From a candidate division WWE3 bacterium RIFCSPHIGHO2_02_FULL_38_14 (lineage in GTDB: Bacteria; Patescibacteriota; WWE3; UBA101185; UBA10185), in the NCBI GenBank assembly GCA_001772865.1, contig MEVD01000014.1:2214-66213 (forward strand): a DNA stretch of 64,000 nt. Direction: 5' to 3'. The translations under genes were made by a program, and so were the position numbers. A model generated the notes under the pieces. That model saw nothing but the letters and a program-made list of their open reading frames with translations. It was not told the origin of the DNA and did not search any database. Shown piece after piece: positions 47,220 through 57,101 of the stretch (within the stretch, counting starts at the first letter, position 1; each line of letters begins with the position of its first letter).

Positions 47220-48338
47220 ATGAAATTTGCATGTCTTCAGGAAAACTTAGCTAAAGGCTTAACAACTATTTATAGAGCTGTGCCTACAAAAAGCACATTA
47301 CCTATACTTTCAAATGTTCTGTTAATTGCCGAAGAAGGCAGGCTGAAGCTTTCGGCAACCAATCTTGAAACAGCTATAACTACTCATGTTGGCGCTCAAA
47401 CAGAGGAGCCGGGTTCAACAACTGTTCCGGCAAAACTGCTACGAGACTTTGTTTTAAATTTGCCTCCCAGCACTATAAACGCAACCCTTAAAGATGACAT
47501 TTTAAATCTTACTTCCGAAAAAACAAAATCAAAAATAAACGGTGTCAGCTCCGATGATTATCCCACTTTACCAGCTTTTGGCGCCGAACTGCCGTATGTT
47601 GAGCTTAATCCGATAGCATTTTCAGACGCGGTATCTGTAGTAGCTTTTTCGGCTTCAACTGATGAAAGCAGACCTGTGTTTACCGGCGTCTATTTAAATT
47701 TAAGTGAAGAAAAACTTACAATCGCCGCTTCTGACGGCTTCAGATTATCCGAAAAGATTATCGATGTCAAAGAAGGAAAACTGAAAAATTTCACGGTTAT
47801 AATTCCCGCTAAAACTATATTAGAAGTTTCAAAAATATTTTCGGGATCTGAAGAATCCATCAGATTCGGCTTAAATGAAGACGAAAACCTGGCATTATTT
47901 AAATCTGAAGACACTTTAATTGCAACCAGAATTCTGGACGGACAATACCCCGATTATAAAAGAATTATCCCAACAGAAAGCGAGCTTTCAGTGGAATTCT
48001 CACCAGTGGAATTACTAGAAGCAGTAAAACTGACAACAGTTTTTGCCAAAGACAACACCTCACCGATAAAAATTTCTTTTGATACAAAGGGAACCATGAA
48101 AATCGGGCTGACCACACAGGAGATAGGGGAGCACCAAAGCGAAATATCAGCCCAGGTAGAAGGGGAGCCTTTTGAAATAGCATTCAACTCAAAGTATCTT
48201 TTAGATTTTCTGAACAATGTTAAAGCGGAGAGAATTACTCTTAAATCAAAAGGTAAGCTTACCCCATGTTTAATTAAACCAACCGAAACTGAAGATTTTA
48301 TTCATATTATTATGCCGATGCAGGTACAGGGGAGTTGA
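47220..48338 (+). CDS. dnaN: DNA polymerase III beta clamp
   Basis: LPILSNVL, ATNLE, SRPVFTG, ASDGFRL, G.YPDY.RIIP, FN.KYL, IMPM. Confidence 0.96.
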   Translation: MKFACLQENLAKGLTTIYRAVPTKSTLPILSNVLLIAEEGRLKLSATNLETAITTHVGAQTEEPGSTTVPAKLLRDFVLNLPPSTINATLKDDILNLTSEKTKSKINGVSSDDYPTLPAFGAELPYVELNPIAFSDAVSVVAFSASTDESRPVFTGVYLNLSEEKLTIAASDGFRLSEKIIDVKEGKLKNFTVIIPAKTILEVSKIFSGSEESIRFGLNEDENLALFKSEDTLIATRILDGQYPDYKRIIPTESELSVEFSPVELLEAVKLTTVFAKDNTSPIKISFDTKGTMKIGLTTQEIGEHQSEISAQVEGEPFEIAFNSKYLLDFLNNVKAERITLKSKGKLTPCLIKPTETEDFIHIIMPMQVQGS

Positions 48339-49800
48339 TCTTTTTAACTGTCACCACTAATTCATCTTCAACGAATTCATCAGGGACATCAAATCCTACT
48401 GATCTTAACATGCTTCCTATATATACAGCTTTATGTTTATCGTCAAACCTTCCTTTCTCAACATCATACCAATGTGACAATTCAGCTCTTTCAGCCACAT
48501 CAAACAACCGCTCTATCTGGTTTAAGAATACATAATCCAATGTTATGGCTCTTCCGGGGGCATCTTTCCATGCATCATATCTTTCTCTATAAACCTGATA
48601 AATAAACCTCCCGAAATTCTTTTTTAAATCAGAGTAAAATATTTCGGCGGCATTCGCATTTCTCGTAAAATTATCGGTGGAGTATTTTTCGTGCATATAT
48701 TTGAAAAATTCGGGATAATCCACAACACTATGTAATCCGGTCAAAGTTTCATTGAAGTGTGCTAATTGCCTCCATATAAAATATTCCTGCGTACCGTACC
48801 AAGGAACTATTTCTCTTAACATATGAGCATACTCAACCTGAACCTCGGGATTATCAAGTTTCGCAGCATTTTCATCAACATATTCCTGTAAACCGATTTT
48901 TATTTCACGCATTAAATTGTGGGAAGAATCCATAAACTCCTCAGCACTTGGCCCTCCGCTTAATTCTCTTAAGTCACTAGTAGCTACAGCGAAAGCAGCT
49001 TCGTAAATCCTTCTGTCTTTCCAGGATAAAGATGTACTTTCTTTCGGAATTCCCCGGAATAACAACATTAAATCTCTTTGAACCACATCTAGGTCTACTC
49101 TTCCACCGCCTAATCTCTGAGAGCCATTAGATATATTGCTAGTGGGAATTGTAGCTCTTAATGCAGTAATTAATTCAATATAAGTTAAATTAAACTGTCC
49201 CACTTGTACATTTACAGCCTCAAGTAAATCCGGTAAATCTTTAGATCCCACAAGTATAGTAAGAAGTTGGAGTATAGTTTCATTTTCATTAGCTTCAGTC
49301 TCCATTACCCGAACTTTCCCGATTTCTTCATGAGCATCTTTACCGACCATTAAATTAAAATTCTGTACAAGATCATGCCCATAGGCAACTACTTCAATTG
49401 ATTTAGTAAACTCAAACTTTTCGGCTTCTTCACCAGTTAGAGTTCCTTTTAAATACGCTTCTTCCAGCTGCGCCATCACTTCTCCTGTTGAAACACCGTC
49501 TTTAAAATAATTCAAAAAGTATAAATGAGCTAAAGTATCAGTGGTACTTCCGGCAATAAACTTGGCGTGTTCGTCATTATGAAAACTCCTTTCGCCATCA
49601 CAATTTCTAACATCAATTTCTGAAGGTGAAATAAATGTACGATTTTCGGACTTAGGATGTGGACTTCCTGAGTCGGGTCCATATCTTTCATTTAAAATGG
49701 TTAAAATAGTAGATTTTTTTTGCTCACATAAATCGAGAAACTCTTTTCTCTGTATTTCACCTCTTAAATTTTCAGCATCCGCTATCAGTTCGTCTCTCAT
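48310..49800 (-). CDS. Hypothetical protein with HD-superfamily-like motifs
   Basis: FHNDEH...AYGHDLVQ...ATSDL in the HD-domain order. Confidence 0.5.
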   Translation of the reverse strand: MRDELIADAENLRGEIQRKEFLDLCEQKKSTILTILNERYGPDSGSPHPKSENRTFISPSEIDVRNCDGERSFHNDEHAKFIAGSTTDTLAHLYFLNYFKDGVSTGEVMAQLEEAYLKGTLTGEEAEKFEFTKSIEVVAYGHDLVQNFNLMVGKDAHEEIGKVRVMETEANENETILQLLTILVGSKDLPDLLEAVNVQVGQFNLTYIELITALRATIPTSNISNGSQRLGGGRVDLDVVQRDLMLLFRGIPKESTSLSWKDRRIYEAAFAVATSDLRELSGGPSAEEFMDSSHNLMREIKIGLQEYVDENAAKLDNPEVQVEYAHMLREIVPWYGTQEYFIWRQLAHFNETLTGLHSVVDYPEFFKYMHEKYSTDNFTRNANAAEIFYSDLKKNFGRFIYQVYRERYDAWKDAPGRAITLDYVFLNQIERLFDVAERAELSHWYDVEKGRFDDKHKAVYIGSMLRSVGFDVPDEFVEDELVVTVKKINSPVPASA

Positions 49801-49846
49801 CTTTTTTTAGTCCTTATATTATAATTTAATCCTTTTGTTTTTCAAA

Positions 49847-50062
49847 TTACGGCAGAATTGAACTTACAGCGGGCAAATAAATTGTTTTAGAAACAGCCAT
49901 TTGCATAAGAATTATATTATAATGAAATTCACAAAAACGGGATTCTTTTCCCTCCAAATTCAAGATGCGGGTGGAAGGGTAATTACAAGAAATACCATTT
50001 TCATCGGTATATATACAACAAACCGGTGATTTCTGCAAATCGATTTTGTCTTTTTTAGACAT
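49847..50062 (-). CDS. Small protein with putative Zn-binding motif
   Basis: CC-x8-C...FCEFH; GGAG Shine-Dalgarno upstream on the minus strand. Confidence 0.5.
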   Translation of the reverse strand: MSKKDKIDLQKSPVCCIYTDENGISCNYPSTRILNLEGKESRFCEFHYNIILMQMAVSKTIYLPAVSSILP

Positions 50063-50106
50063 ATATCTAAACTCCTTCTAACATTGTACAATTAATACCG
50101 GTAATT

Positions 50107-50583
50107 ATGAAGAAATTAAGCGTAGACAACATTCGAAACATAATTTTCGGCATAGAAGACAGTTTGGTTTCCACAAGCGGGTTTCTATTTGGATTAGCTA
50201 CAACTTCATACGAAACACATCAAATATTTACCTCCGGAATAATAATTATTTCTGTTGAAGCTGTATCAATGGGGGCCGGAGCCTTTCTTACCGAAGAAGA
50301 AACTCTGGAAATGGAGTCCAAAAGCAGTGAAAGAAAAAAGGCTAATCCATTGTTTGACGGAATCCTAATGTTTTTATCCTACTTTGGTGCAGGTTTTATC
50401 CCATTATTACCTTACATATTATTAGAAAGGGAATTAGCAAAACCTGTATCAATGGTATTATCTTTTTCCGCATTGTTTTTATTAGGATATTTACCTACTA
50501 AAAAACTTAAATCGGCTTTCAGAATGCTTGTTGTTGCGGGAGCTGCGGCAAGTGTAGGTTATTTGGTTGGCAGCGTATTTTAA
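50107..50583 (+). CDS. VIT1/CCC1 family Fe/Mn transporter-like protein
   Basis: IIFGIEDSLVST, A.SMGAG.FL, SY..AG.IPLLPY. Confidence 0.88.
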   Translation: MKKLSVDNIRNIIFGIEDSLVSTSGFLFGLATTSYETHQIFTSGIIIISVEAVSMGAGAFLTEEETLEMESKSSERKKANPLFDGILMFLSYFGAGFIPLLPYILLERELAKPVSMVLSFSALFLLGYLPTKKLKSAFRMLVVAGAAASVGYLVGSVF

Positions 50584-50611
50584 ATATGTGGTAAACTTGT
50601 AGGTAACGTTT

Positions 50612-51235
50612 ATGGATCGATCAATACCTGAAATTTCATTTAAAAAATTTTGGCTTCCGATTACTTGGTTTGGAAGCACTTTCTTTGTTTTGCTTGTAAC
50701 TTTATTTACATTATTTTTATCATTTTCCAATCCAAAACCTCATATTACTGACAAATATTCAATATTTTCGGCAAAACCTTTAGTGCTGGGAGATTCTACT
50801 TTTTCCTTAGATAGCGTAGATGCAAGAGCTGTAATGCTTGACAATGTTTTTGAAAAATACGGCTGTCCACTTTACGGTACAGGGAGAATATTCGTTGAGG
50901 AAGCCGATTTAAATAATTTACCTTTCTGGCTTGCTGCTTCAGTTGCTTTTCAGGAGTCAAGCTGCGGAAAAAATACACCTGTTAAAGAAGGAGTTGAATC
51001 ATATAATGCCTGGGGATGGGGAGTTTACGGAGATAATGTAAAAATGTTTGAAAACTGGGAAGAAGGCATTAGCACCGTGTCCGAGTTTTTAAATAATAGA
51101 TTTTACAAACAAGGTGTAACCGAACCTTGTGAAATAATGAAAATCTATACACCGTCTTCCGGGGGTTCCTGGTGCAACGGAGTTGAGTTCTTCGGAGACA
51201 TTATTTCCAACTATAAAACACCGGAAAACACTTAA
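50612..51235 (+). CDS. Membrane-anchored lysozyme-like (glucosaminidase-type) cell-wall hydrolase
   Basis: PL......F...AD......L..SVAFQESSCGK...NAWGWG...F..WEEGI..V...Y.P. Confidence 0.65.
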   Translation: MDRSIPEISFKKFWLPITWFGSTFFVLLVTLFTLFLSFSNPKPHITDKYSIFSAKPLVLGDSTFSLDSVDARAVMLDNVFEKYGCPLYGTGRIFVEEADLNNLPFWLAASVAFQESSCGKNTPVKEGVESYNAWGWGVYGDNVKMFENWEEGISTVSEFLNNRFYKQGVTEPCEIMKIYTPSSGGSWCNGVEFFGDIISNYKTPENT

Positions 51236-51265
51236 ACCACAGCAATAATCCTATCTTTCCCTCGT

Positions 51266-51294
51266 TTGAAAAAAACACCTATTTAAGGTATAAT
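51266..51294 (+). promoter_or_regulatory. Sigma70-type promoter giving a ~160-nt leader
   Basis: TTGAAA-17 bp-TATAAT. Confidence 0.65.
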
Positions 51295-51459
51295 ACAACA
51301 ATGATTAGACCATAGCTACTTTTCTGCCCAGTAGAGCACTATCCAGCCATACAGCATAAACATCCACCCGAAAAACAGTTAGAAATAAACATTTATGTTG
51401 ATTAATATCCGGCCTGGAAATGGTAAGGTAGTTGTTTTGCAAGTCATACAGGAGAATAA

Positions 51460-51996
51460 ATGTTAAGTATTAAATATTTATACATTTCAATAGTAATGAG
51501 CATAACCTCTTTAACAAGCGGTTTTTTTATGTGGGTCAGTTTTAATACCCAGGAAGTTATAAATGAAAAACCCAAAGCATCAAAGATTGTATTAGGAAAA
51601 ATAGAATCAGAAAAAATTGACAGGGCCGGCTCCTTAGAAAAATTCTTCGAATCTTATAATTCTCCATTGAAAAATAATGCCGAAACGTTTATTACTGTTG
51701 CCGACAGATACGGAATTGATTACAAACTACTTCCTTCCATTGCCTGTTTAGAATCAACCTGCGCCCGATTTTTAATACCGGAAACACATAACCCGTTCGG
51801 TTGGGGTGGAGGTAGAATTTATTTTAAATCTTATGATGAGGCTATTGAATCGGTCGGAAAAGGCTTAAATGAAATTTACCTTTCTAGAGGTCTAGATAAT
51901 GCCGAAAAAATTGCACCTGTATATAATCCTCCGAGCCCGCATACATGGACAAGAGGTGTTAACTTCTTTATTAATAAAATAGAAGATGTATCATAA
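51460..51996 (+). CDS. Lysozyme-like (glucosaminidase-type) cell-wall hydrolase, paralog of 50612..51235
   Basis: YNSPL...A..F...AD.YG.DY.LLPSIA.LEST...NPFGWG...F.S..E.I..V...YNP; GGAG Shine-Dalgarno. Confidence 0.7.
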   Translation: MLSIKYLYISIVMSITSLTSGFFMWVSFNTQEVINEKPKASKIVLGKIESEKIDRAGSLEKFFESYNSPLKNNAETFITVADRYGIDYKLLPSIACLESTCARFLIPETHNPFGWGGGRIYFKSYDEAIESVGKGLNEIYLSRGLDNAEKIAPVYNPPSPHTWTRGVNFFINKIEDVS

Positions 51997-52019
51997 AATC
52001 GATGAATCATAGGTTGCAG

Positions 52020-52104
52020 GGGCATGTGTTGGAACTGGTATACAAGCACGGCTTAGAACCGTGTCCCGAAAGGGATGTGGGTTCGACTCCCACCATGCCC
52101 ACCA
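52020..52104 (+). tRNA. tRNA-Leu(TAG)
   Basis: GGGCATG/CATGCCC acceptor stem, CACGG-CTTAGAA-CCGTG anticodon arm, long variable arm, CCA. Confidence 0.95.
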
Positions 52105-52117
52105 ATGATCTTTTAGA

Positions 52118-52906
52118 TTAGATACTTAGTTCAGTACATAATCCATAATGGTCTGATAAATTTACGTTTATTCCATTTAAATTAAACAAATCATTTAATA
52201 TCACTTTTTGGTTTTTGCATTTTAGATTACCGGAAACAAACGTATAATCATATCTGATTTCGATGTTATATTTGTATAATCCCTTTTTATTAGTATTATC
52301 TTTTGAAAGAGTAATCAATCCGGAATTAAATGATGGGTCCCTCAATTTTGACCTGTTTAATAAATCAATATAAAGCGGGTCTTCAGGTTTGAAATTAAAA
52401 TCTCCTGTCACAATTAAATTTCTAGTTTCCGGTTCTATATCTCCGATTAACTGCTCTAATTGGTTTCTTAAAATTTCCTTTTTGGACTTGGAATTCCAAT
52501 TATACATACTTACTAAATGTGTATTTATCAATATAAGCTCTATACCATTTACATTTATATTCAATTTTTGATACCCCTTACCCAAAATCTTGTCCGGTAA
52601 CTGATTTGAAAAAAACCTGCCTTGACTACTGTACCTCACAAAACTTTTTTCATTAAATGGGAAAAGCGAAGCTACAAACAAACCGCCTTTATTTAAAAGT
52701 CTTTTGGGAAGGCAGTAAGTATGATATCCAAAAGTGTTAAAAACTTCGGAAATTCTTTTTGCGGTTTTGGAAAAATTGATTTCCTGAAGACAGATAATAT
52801 TAGCCTGCTGTTTAACAAGTTGATTTACCAGAAGGTTAATTCTTTCACCCCGGTTTAGTAATATTGGTGAATCCAGGCAGTTTTGTGAAATTATTTTCAG
52901 TTCCAC
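52118..52906 (-). CDS. Endonuclease/exonuclease/phosphatase family protein
   Basis: ISQN, IICLQE, INTHL, VTGDFN, RYDY, LSDHYG. Confidence 0.9.
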   Translation of the reverse strand: MELKIISQNCLDSPILLNRGERINLLVNQLVKQQANIICLQEINFSKTAKRISEVFNTFGYHTYCLPKRLLNKGGLFVASLFPFNEKSFVRYSSQGRFFSNQLPDKILGKGYQKLNINVNGIELILINTHLVSMYNWNSKSKKEILRNQLEQLIGDIEPETRNLIVTGDFNFKPEDPLYIDLLNRSKLRDPSFNSGLITLSKDNTNKKGLYKYNIEIRYDYTFVSGNLKCKNQKVILNDLFNLNGINVNLSDHYGLCTELSI

Positions 52907-52916
52907 GGATATAACA

Positions 52917-54170
52917 TTAACTATTTACACTAATCCAATACTTTAATGAAGTTGGTGTCCAATTTCCAACCAAAATGAGTTTTTCTATCTTTGATTTCCT
53001 CGCATCGTTAACACCCGCGAGCATTTCTTTTACCGGATTTACAGAATACCTCAGCTCTGAAACAAATTTAGGCAGCAATAATCCGGTTGATCTGTTCCAA
53101 TCCTGCCTATGCCTGTTTACAAAACTGGCCGGCCATTTGATATCAATTGAGTAGGTCAGAAGCTCTTTAACCTGCTTGTTAAAATCATCTACTTTAGTAT
53201 TACTCAGTATCCAATATCCCACCATGGATAATTTATTCCAGTAATCCATTAATATTCGAGTGTCTTTAAATCTGTTATAAATATTTTCAAAGTCTTCCTC
53301 AAAACCCATACTATCAGCAGCATTTTTGTTTCCGTTCAAAAATTCAAAAACCAAACTTTCAAAATGATCGGCTACCGACTCTTTTGAAGCGGACGTCATT
53401 GCATTTAGATTTTCCTTAATATATAGCGGCAGATCCGACAAATCGGTGTTAATGTAATTCAGGCAGTGACCTAATACTTCATGTCCTAATAACGAAATTA
53501 GTCTCTCCGGAATAAGGTTAATTTTTCCATCTAGCATATAACAGCACTTTGCAACACTTAAATAAGATGCTTTTGCGACTTTATCGGCATATGATCTACT
53601 ATTATCCGATTCTACTGAAATAATATATTCGTCAAGTAATTGCGGCACCCCGGGAAAATCGGAAAAGAATTCCGATAACACTTTTTTAAAATTATCTACA
53701 TACCTAAGTACTAAAAATTCCGCATCAACTCTTATTTTAGGTGAACCAAGCGCAACTTCTGATCTTCTTGAACTCGAATATGCTTCCATCTGTCTTAAAT
53801 TTGCCGCAATAACTTTATCTTTGTTTGTACTCAACCACTTTTTAATTTCATCCAGATCTTTAGAAGTAACTTCATACATTGAAATCACTTGTTCCGGAGT
53901 TTTTATACTGGGATTAAATTCATCCTCTAGGTTTTGGATTTGGTTATTGCAGATTTTTGAAAGTTCGTACACTAAAATTTCATCTAAAGATTTCGGGCCT
54001 TCAATTTTGGGTAATTCTCCAGAAAGCATCTTAAAATCGGACAATAAATTTCTTGTATATTCCAAGTCAATAATTGAATACGGCTGATCAAAATGAAATT
54101 CTCTCTTCAGCACTCTTTCGTAAAGCTTATTTCCTTTTGATATTAGGTCTTTAAGGTCCTGTTTCTGCAT
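52917..54170 (-). CDS. Putative zinc metallopeptidase-like protein
   Basis: GHEVLGH motif with a downstream KESVA..FE third-ligand-like segment. Confidence 0.5.
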   Translation of the reverse strand: MQKQDLKDLISKGNKLYERVLKREFHFDQPYSIIDLEYTRNLLSDFKMLSGELPKIEGPKSLDEILVYELSKICNNQIQNLEDEFNPSIKTPEQVISMYEVTSKDLDEIKKWLSTNKDKVIAANLRQMEAYSSSRRSEVALGSPKIRVDAEFLVLRYVDNFKKVLSEFFSDFPGVPQLLDEYIISVESDNSRSYADKVAKASYLSVAKCCYMLDGKINLIPERLISLLGHEVLGHCLNYINTDLSDLPLYIKENLNAMTSASKESVADHFESLVFEFLNGNKNAADSMGFEEDFENIYNRFKDTRILMDYWNKLSMVGYWILSNTKVDDFNKQVKELLTYSIDIKWPASFVNRHRQDWNRSTGLLLPKFVSELRYSVNPVKEMLAGVNDARKSKIEKLILVGNWTPTSLKYWISVNS

Positions 54171-54231
54171 AAATTCAGTTTATCATATCAATTTATTCGA
54201 CTTATCGGAAATTTAATAATAGAATATCAAA

Positions 54232-55314
54232 GTGAGAAAGTTTATTTCCGAACACCCGATTTTATTTACTTGCTTAACATCGTGCACAACATTAATTGTA
54301 AGCACAATAATGTTGTTTTCATTTTTGTTTTTTATATTTTTGGCAGGAGTATCGGCAGTATCTTCTAAATTAGACGGCTTTGAAGGTACCCAAATTTCAC
54401 CGTACAGATATGTAGACGGCAATCCGGATTCAGAGAATAAAATTCTGGTAATTCCTATAAAAGGTGTAATTTTAACTTATCCTCTGGAAGAAGATTCAAT
54501 ATTCAGCTTTTTATTAACCGGCCAGGTGTATGGCTATACTATTAAAAGAGAGTTGTTGGAGGCAGCTGGCGATCCTGAAATTAAAGGAGTTATTCTAGAA
54601 ATAGACTCTCCGGGCGGTACTATTGCCGGATCCAAGGCAATATCCGATGGAGTGGATTATTATAAGAAAGCAACTGGTAATCCCGTTTTTTCTCATATTA
54701 TAGGCATGGGGGCTTCCGGAGGATATTGGGCAGCCGCCTCAGCTGATAAAATTATAGCCGACACAGGCAGTTTAACAGGAAGTATAGGCGTAATAATGGG
54801 TCCTTTTAAATATTATAATAAAGTTATTAGCGAAAGTGATTTTATAGGATCAATTTCAACTGAAGAGGGGATTGAGTCATATTATATTTATGCCGGAGAA
54901 GATAAAGACCTGGGCGATCCTTATAAAAGACTATCGGAAAAAGCCAAAAACACTTTGCAGAATAGCGTGGACAACGAATACGAAATCTTTTTAGAACATG
55001 TAAGCAATAATAGAAAAATCGGCACTGAAACTTTAAAACAGAATGTGGGAGGGCTGGTTTTTGGGAACGATCAGGCGCTTGAAAACAAGCTTATAGACGA
55101 AACCGGAAGCACAAACTATGCATACAGTACTCTAGCTGAAACCGCCGGATTAACAAATTATCAGGTTGTAGAGTATAAAAGCACGCAGGGATTTTTGCAG
55201 GAAATTTTCGGAGTACTTTTCAAACCTGAAAATATGAAATCGGCTTATATAAATTCCAAGTGCTTACTTTGCAACAAAATGCTTTTTCTCTATGGCACGC
55301 CTCAAAATTACTAA
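54232..55314 (+). CDS. sppA: Signal peptide peptidase SppA (S49)
   Basis: IDSPGG, GASGGYW.A, TGSIGVI, LIDE.G. Confidence 0.92.
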   Translation: MRKFISEHPILFTCLTSCTTLIVSTIMLFSFLFFIFLAGVSAVSSKLDGFEGTQISPYRYVDGNPDSENKILVIPIKGVILTYPLEEDSIFSFLLTGQVYGYTIKRELLEAAGDPEIKGVILEIDSPGGTIAGSKAISDGVDYYKKATGNPVFSHIIGMGASGGYWAAASADKIIADTGSLTGSIGVIMGPFKYYNKVISESDFIGSISTEEGIESYYIYAGEDKDLGDPYKRLSEKAKNTLQNSVDNEYEIFLEHVSNNRKIGTETLKQNVGGLVFGNDQALENKLIDETGSTNYAYSTLAETAGLTNYQVVEYKSTQGFLQEIFGVLFKPENMKSAYINSKCLLCNKMLFLYGTPQNY

Positions 55315-55404
55315 ATTAGACAAATCAGACAACAATTCGATTAAGTTCCCACCGGTGCACATCAATAGCCTAAAATATATTTATATGTTAAACTTTTCCA
55401 GTCT

Positions 55405-56310
55405 ATGAAGACTTCGGTAGAAAAATTACCAAAATCAACAATAAAACTTACAGTCACAGTTCCTTCAGATAAGGTAAAAGAAACCTATTCCCAAGTATTG
55501 GACGAATCCGTTAAAAGCACCGAGCTTCCGGGATTCCGAAAAGGAATGGCGCCGAAAGAACTTGTAGAGGAAAAGGCCGATGTTTCAAAACTTTATGGTG
55601 AAGTGATAAATCATCTTCTGGAAACTTATTATCCTCAAGCTCTAAAAGAAAACCTGATCTCTCCGGTATCCAATCCGAAAGTAGAAATAAAAGAATTTGA
55701 TCTGGAAAAAGAATTTGAATTTGTTGCTACTGTAGCGATAAGACCGGAAGTTACAATAGGGGAGTTTAAACACAAACTTAAAGAATTTCTTGAAACGCGT
55801 AAAAAACAAAGGTCCCAGGAAAATGCCGAAAAACTTAAAAGAGGAGAAAAAATCGATGATTCCCATATACATTTATCAACGAATGAAGTAATTGAAGCAG
55901 TAATAAATTCTTCTCAGGTGGAAATTGCGGACATACTTATAGAAGAAGAAACCGACAGGCTGATGTCGAGATTAGTTGATCAGGCGCAGTCAATAGGTTT
56001 GTCTTTGGAACAATACTTAAAAGCACAGAACAGAACGGCAGAACAACTGAGAAGTGATTATTCAAAAGCTGCAGAAAAAAGCCTTAAAGCCGAATTTCTG
56101 CTCAGTAAGCTTGTTAAAGACGAAAAAATAGAAACAACCGACGAGGAAGTAATAGAAGCTTATGTTGCCGCAGGTGAACCGAATCCTGAGGAAAAACTCA
56201 AAAACGACGTCGAAAAGTGGTATATTAAAAGTGTACTGGAAAAGAATAAATTAATAACTAAAATAATTGAAGAAATAGAAGGAGAAAAACATGACCACTC
56301 ACACAACTAA
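55405..56310 (+). CDS. tig: Trigger factor (lacks the FKBP/PPIase domain)
   Basis: PGFRKGMAP ribosome-binding signature; only 301 aa; upstream of clpP. Confidence 0.9.
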   Translation: MKTSVEKLPKSTIKLTVTVPSDKVKETYSQVLDESVKSTELPGFRKGMAPKELVEEKADVSKLYGEVINHLLETYYPQALKENLISPVSNPKVEIKEFDLEKEFEFVATVAIRPEVTIGEFKHKLKEFLETRKKQRSQENAEKLKRGEKIDDSHIHLSTNEVIEAVINSSQVEIADILIEEETDRLMSRLVDQAQSIGLSLEQYLKAQNRTAEQLRSDYSKAAEKSLKAEFLLSKLVKDEKIETTDEEVIEAYVAAGEPNPEEKLKNDVEKWYIKSVLEKNKLITKIIEEIEGEKHDHSHN

Positions 56311-56965
56311 ATCCTACAATACTAAAACAGGCGGAACTTTTCCGTCCCATCTTCCCAACACAAAAGGGGATACACTTGTACCTATAGTTGTTGAAAAAGA
56401 ACCGAACGGATTCGAAAGGTCTTATGATATATATTCGAGATTATTAAAAGACTTCATTGTTTTTGTCACCGGTCCTGTAGATATGGCTACTGCTAATACT
56501 TTTATCGCACAAATGCTTTTTTTGGAAAGCCAGGACCCTAAAAGAGACATTAGCATTTATATAAATTCCCCCGGAGGAAGCGTATACGCCGGTACTGCAA
56601 TGTACGACACTATCAGGCACGTTAAAAATGAAGTGGTAACTATTAATGTAGGACTGGCTGCTTCGGCGGCTTCATTACTACTTTCCGCAGGCACAAAAGG
56701 TAAAAGATATGCATTACCGAATTCATATTCCATGATTCATCAGCCCTTAATAACCGGAGGGTTGGAAGGTCAGGCCACAGACATTGAAATTGAAGCAAGG
56801 CACATGATTCAGCTTAAACATCAATATGCGAGAGTTTTATCCGAAAACAGCGGCCAGAAATATGAAAAAGTTATGCAGGATATAGAACGAAACAATTGGC
56901 TCAGTGCTGAAGAAACACTACAATACGGATTGATCGACAAAGTAATGGATCCGCGAAAACAGTAG
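56291..56965 (+). CDS. clpP: ATP-dependent Clp protease proteolytic subunit
   Basis: ERSYDIYSRLL, YINSPGG, AASAA (Ser), MIHQP (His), GQATDI. Confidence 0.96.
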   Translation: MTTHTTKSYNTKTGGTFPSHLPNTKGDTLVPIVVEKEPNGFERSYDIYSRLLKDFIVFVTGPVDMATANTFIAQMLFLESQDPKRDISIYINSPGGSVYAGTAMYDTIRHVKNEVVTINVGLAASAASLLLSAGTKGKRYALPNSYSMIHQPLITGGLEGQATDIEIEARHMIQLKHQYARVLSENSGQKYEKVMQDIERNNWLSAEETLQYGLIDKVMDPRKQ

Positions 56966-57012
56966 AAAATAATTCTCACTTTAATAGCAATGCTATAATA
57001 AGTTTCAATAGC

Positions 57013-57089
57013 GGGCTCCTAGCTCAGATGGTTAGAGCGCTTCAGTGACATTGAAGAGGTCAGAGGTTCAAGTCCTCTGGAGCCCACCA
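57013..57089 (+). tRNA. tRNA-Val(GAC)
   Basis: GGGCTCC/GGAGCCC acceptor stem, CTTCA-GTGACAT-TGAAG anticodon arm (G at position 32), CCA; TGCTATAAT upstream. Confidence 0.93.
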
Positions 57090-57101
57090 TTAAATTAGAA
57101 T

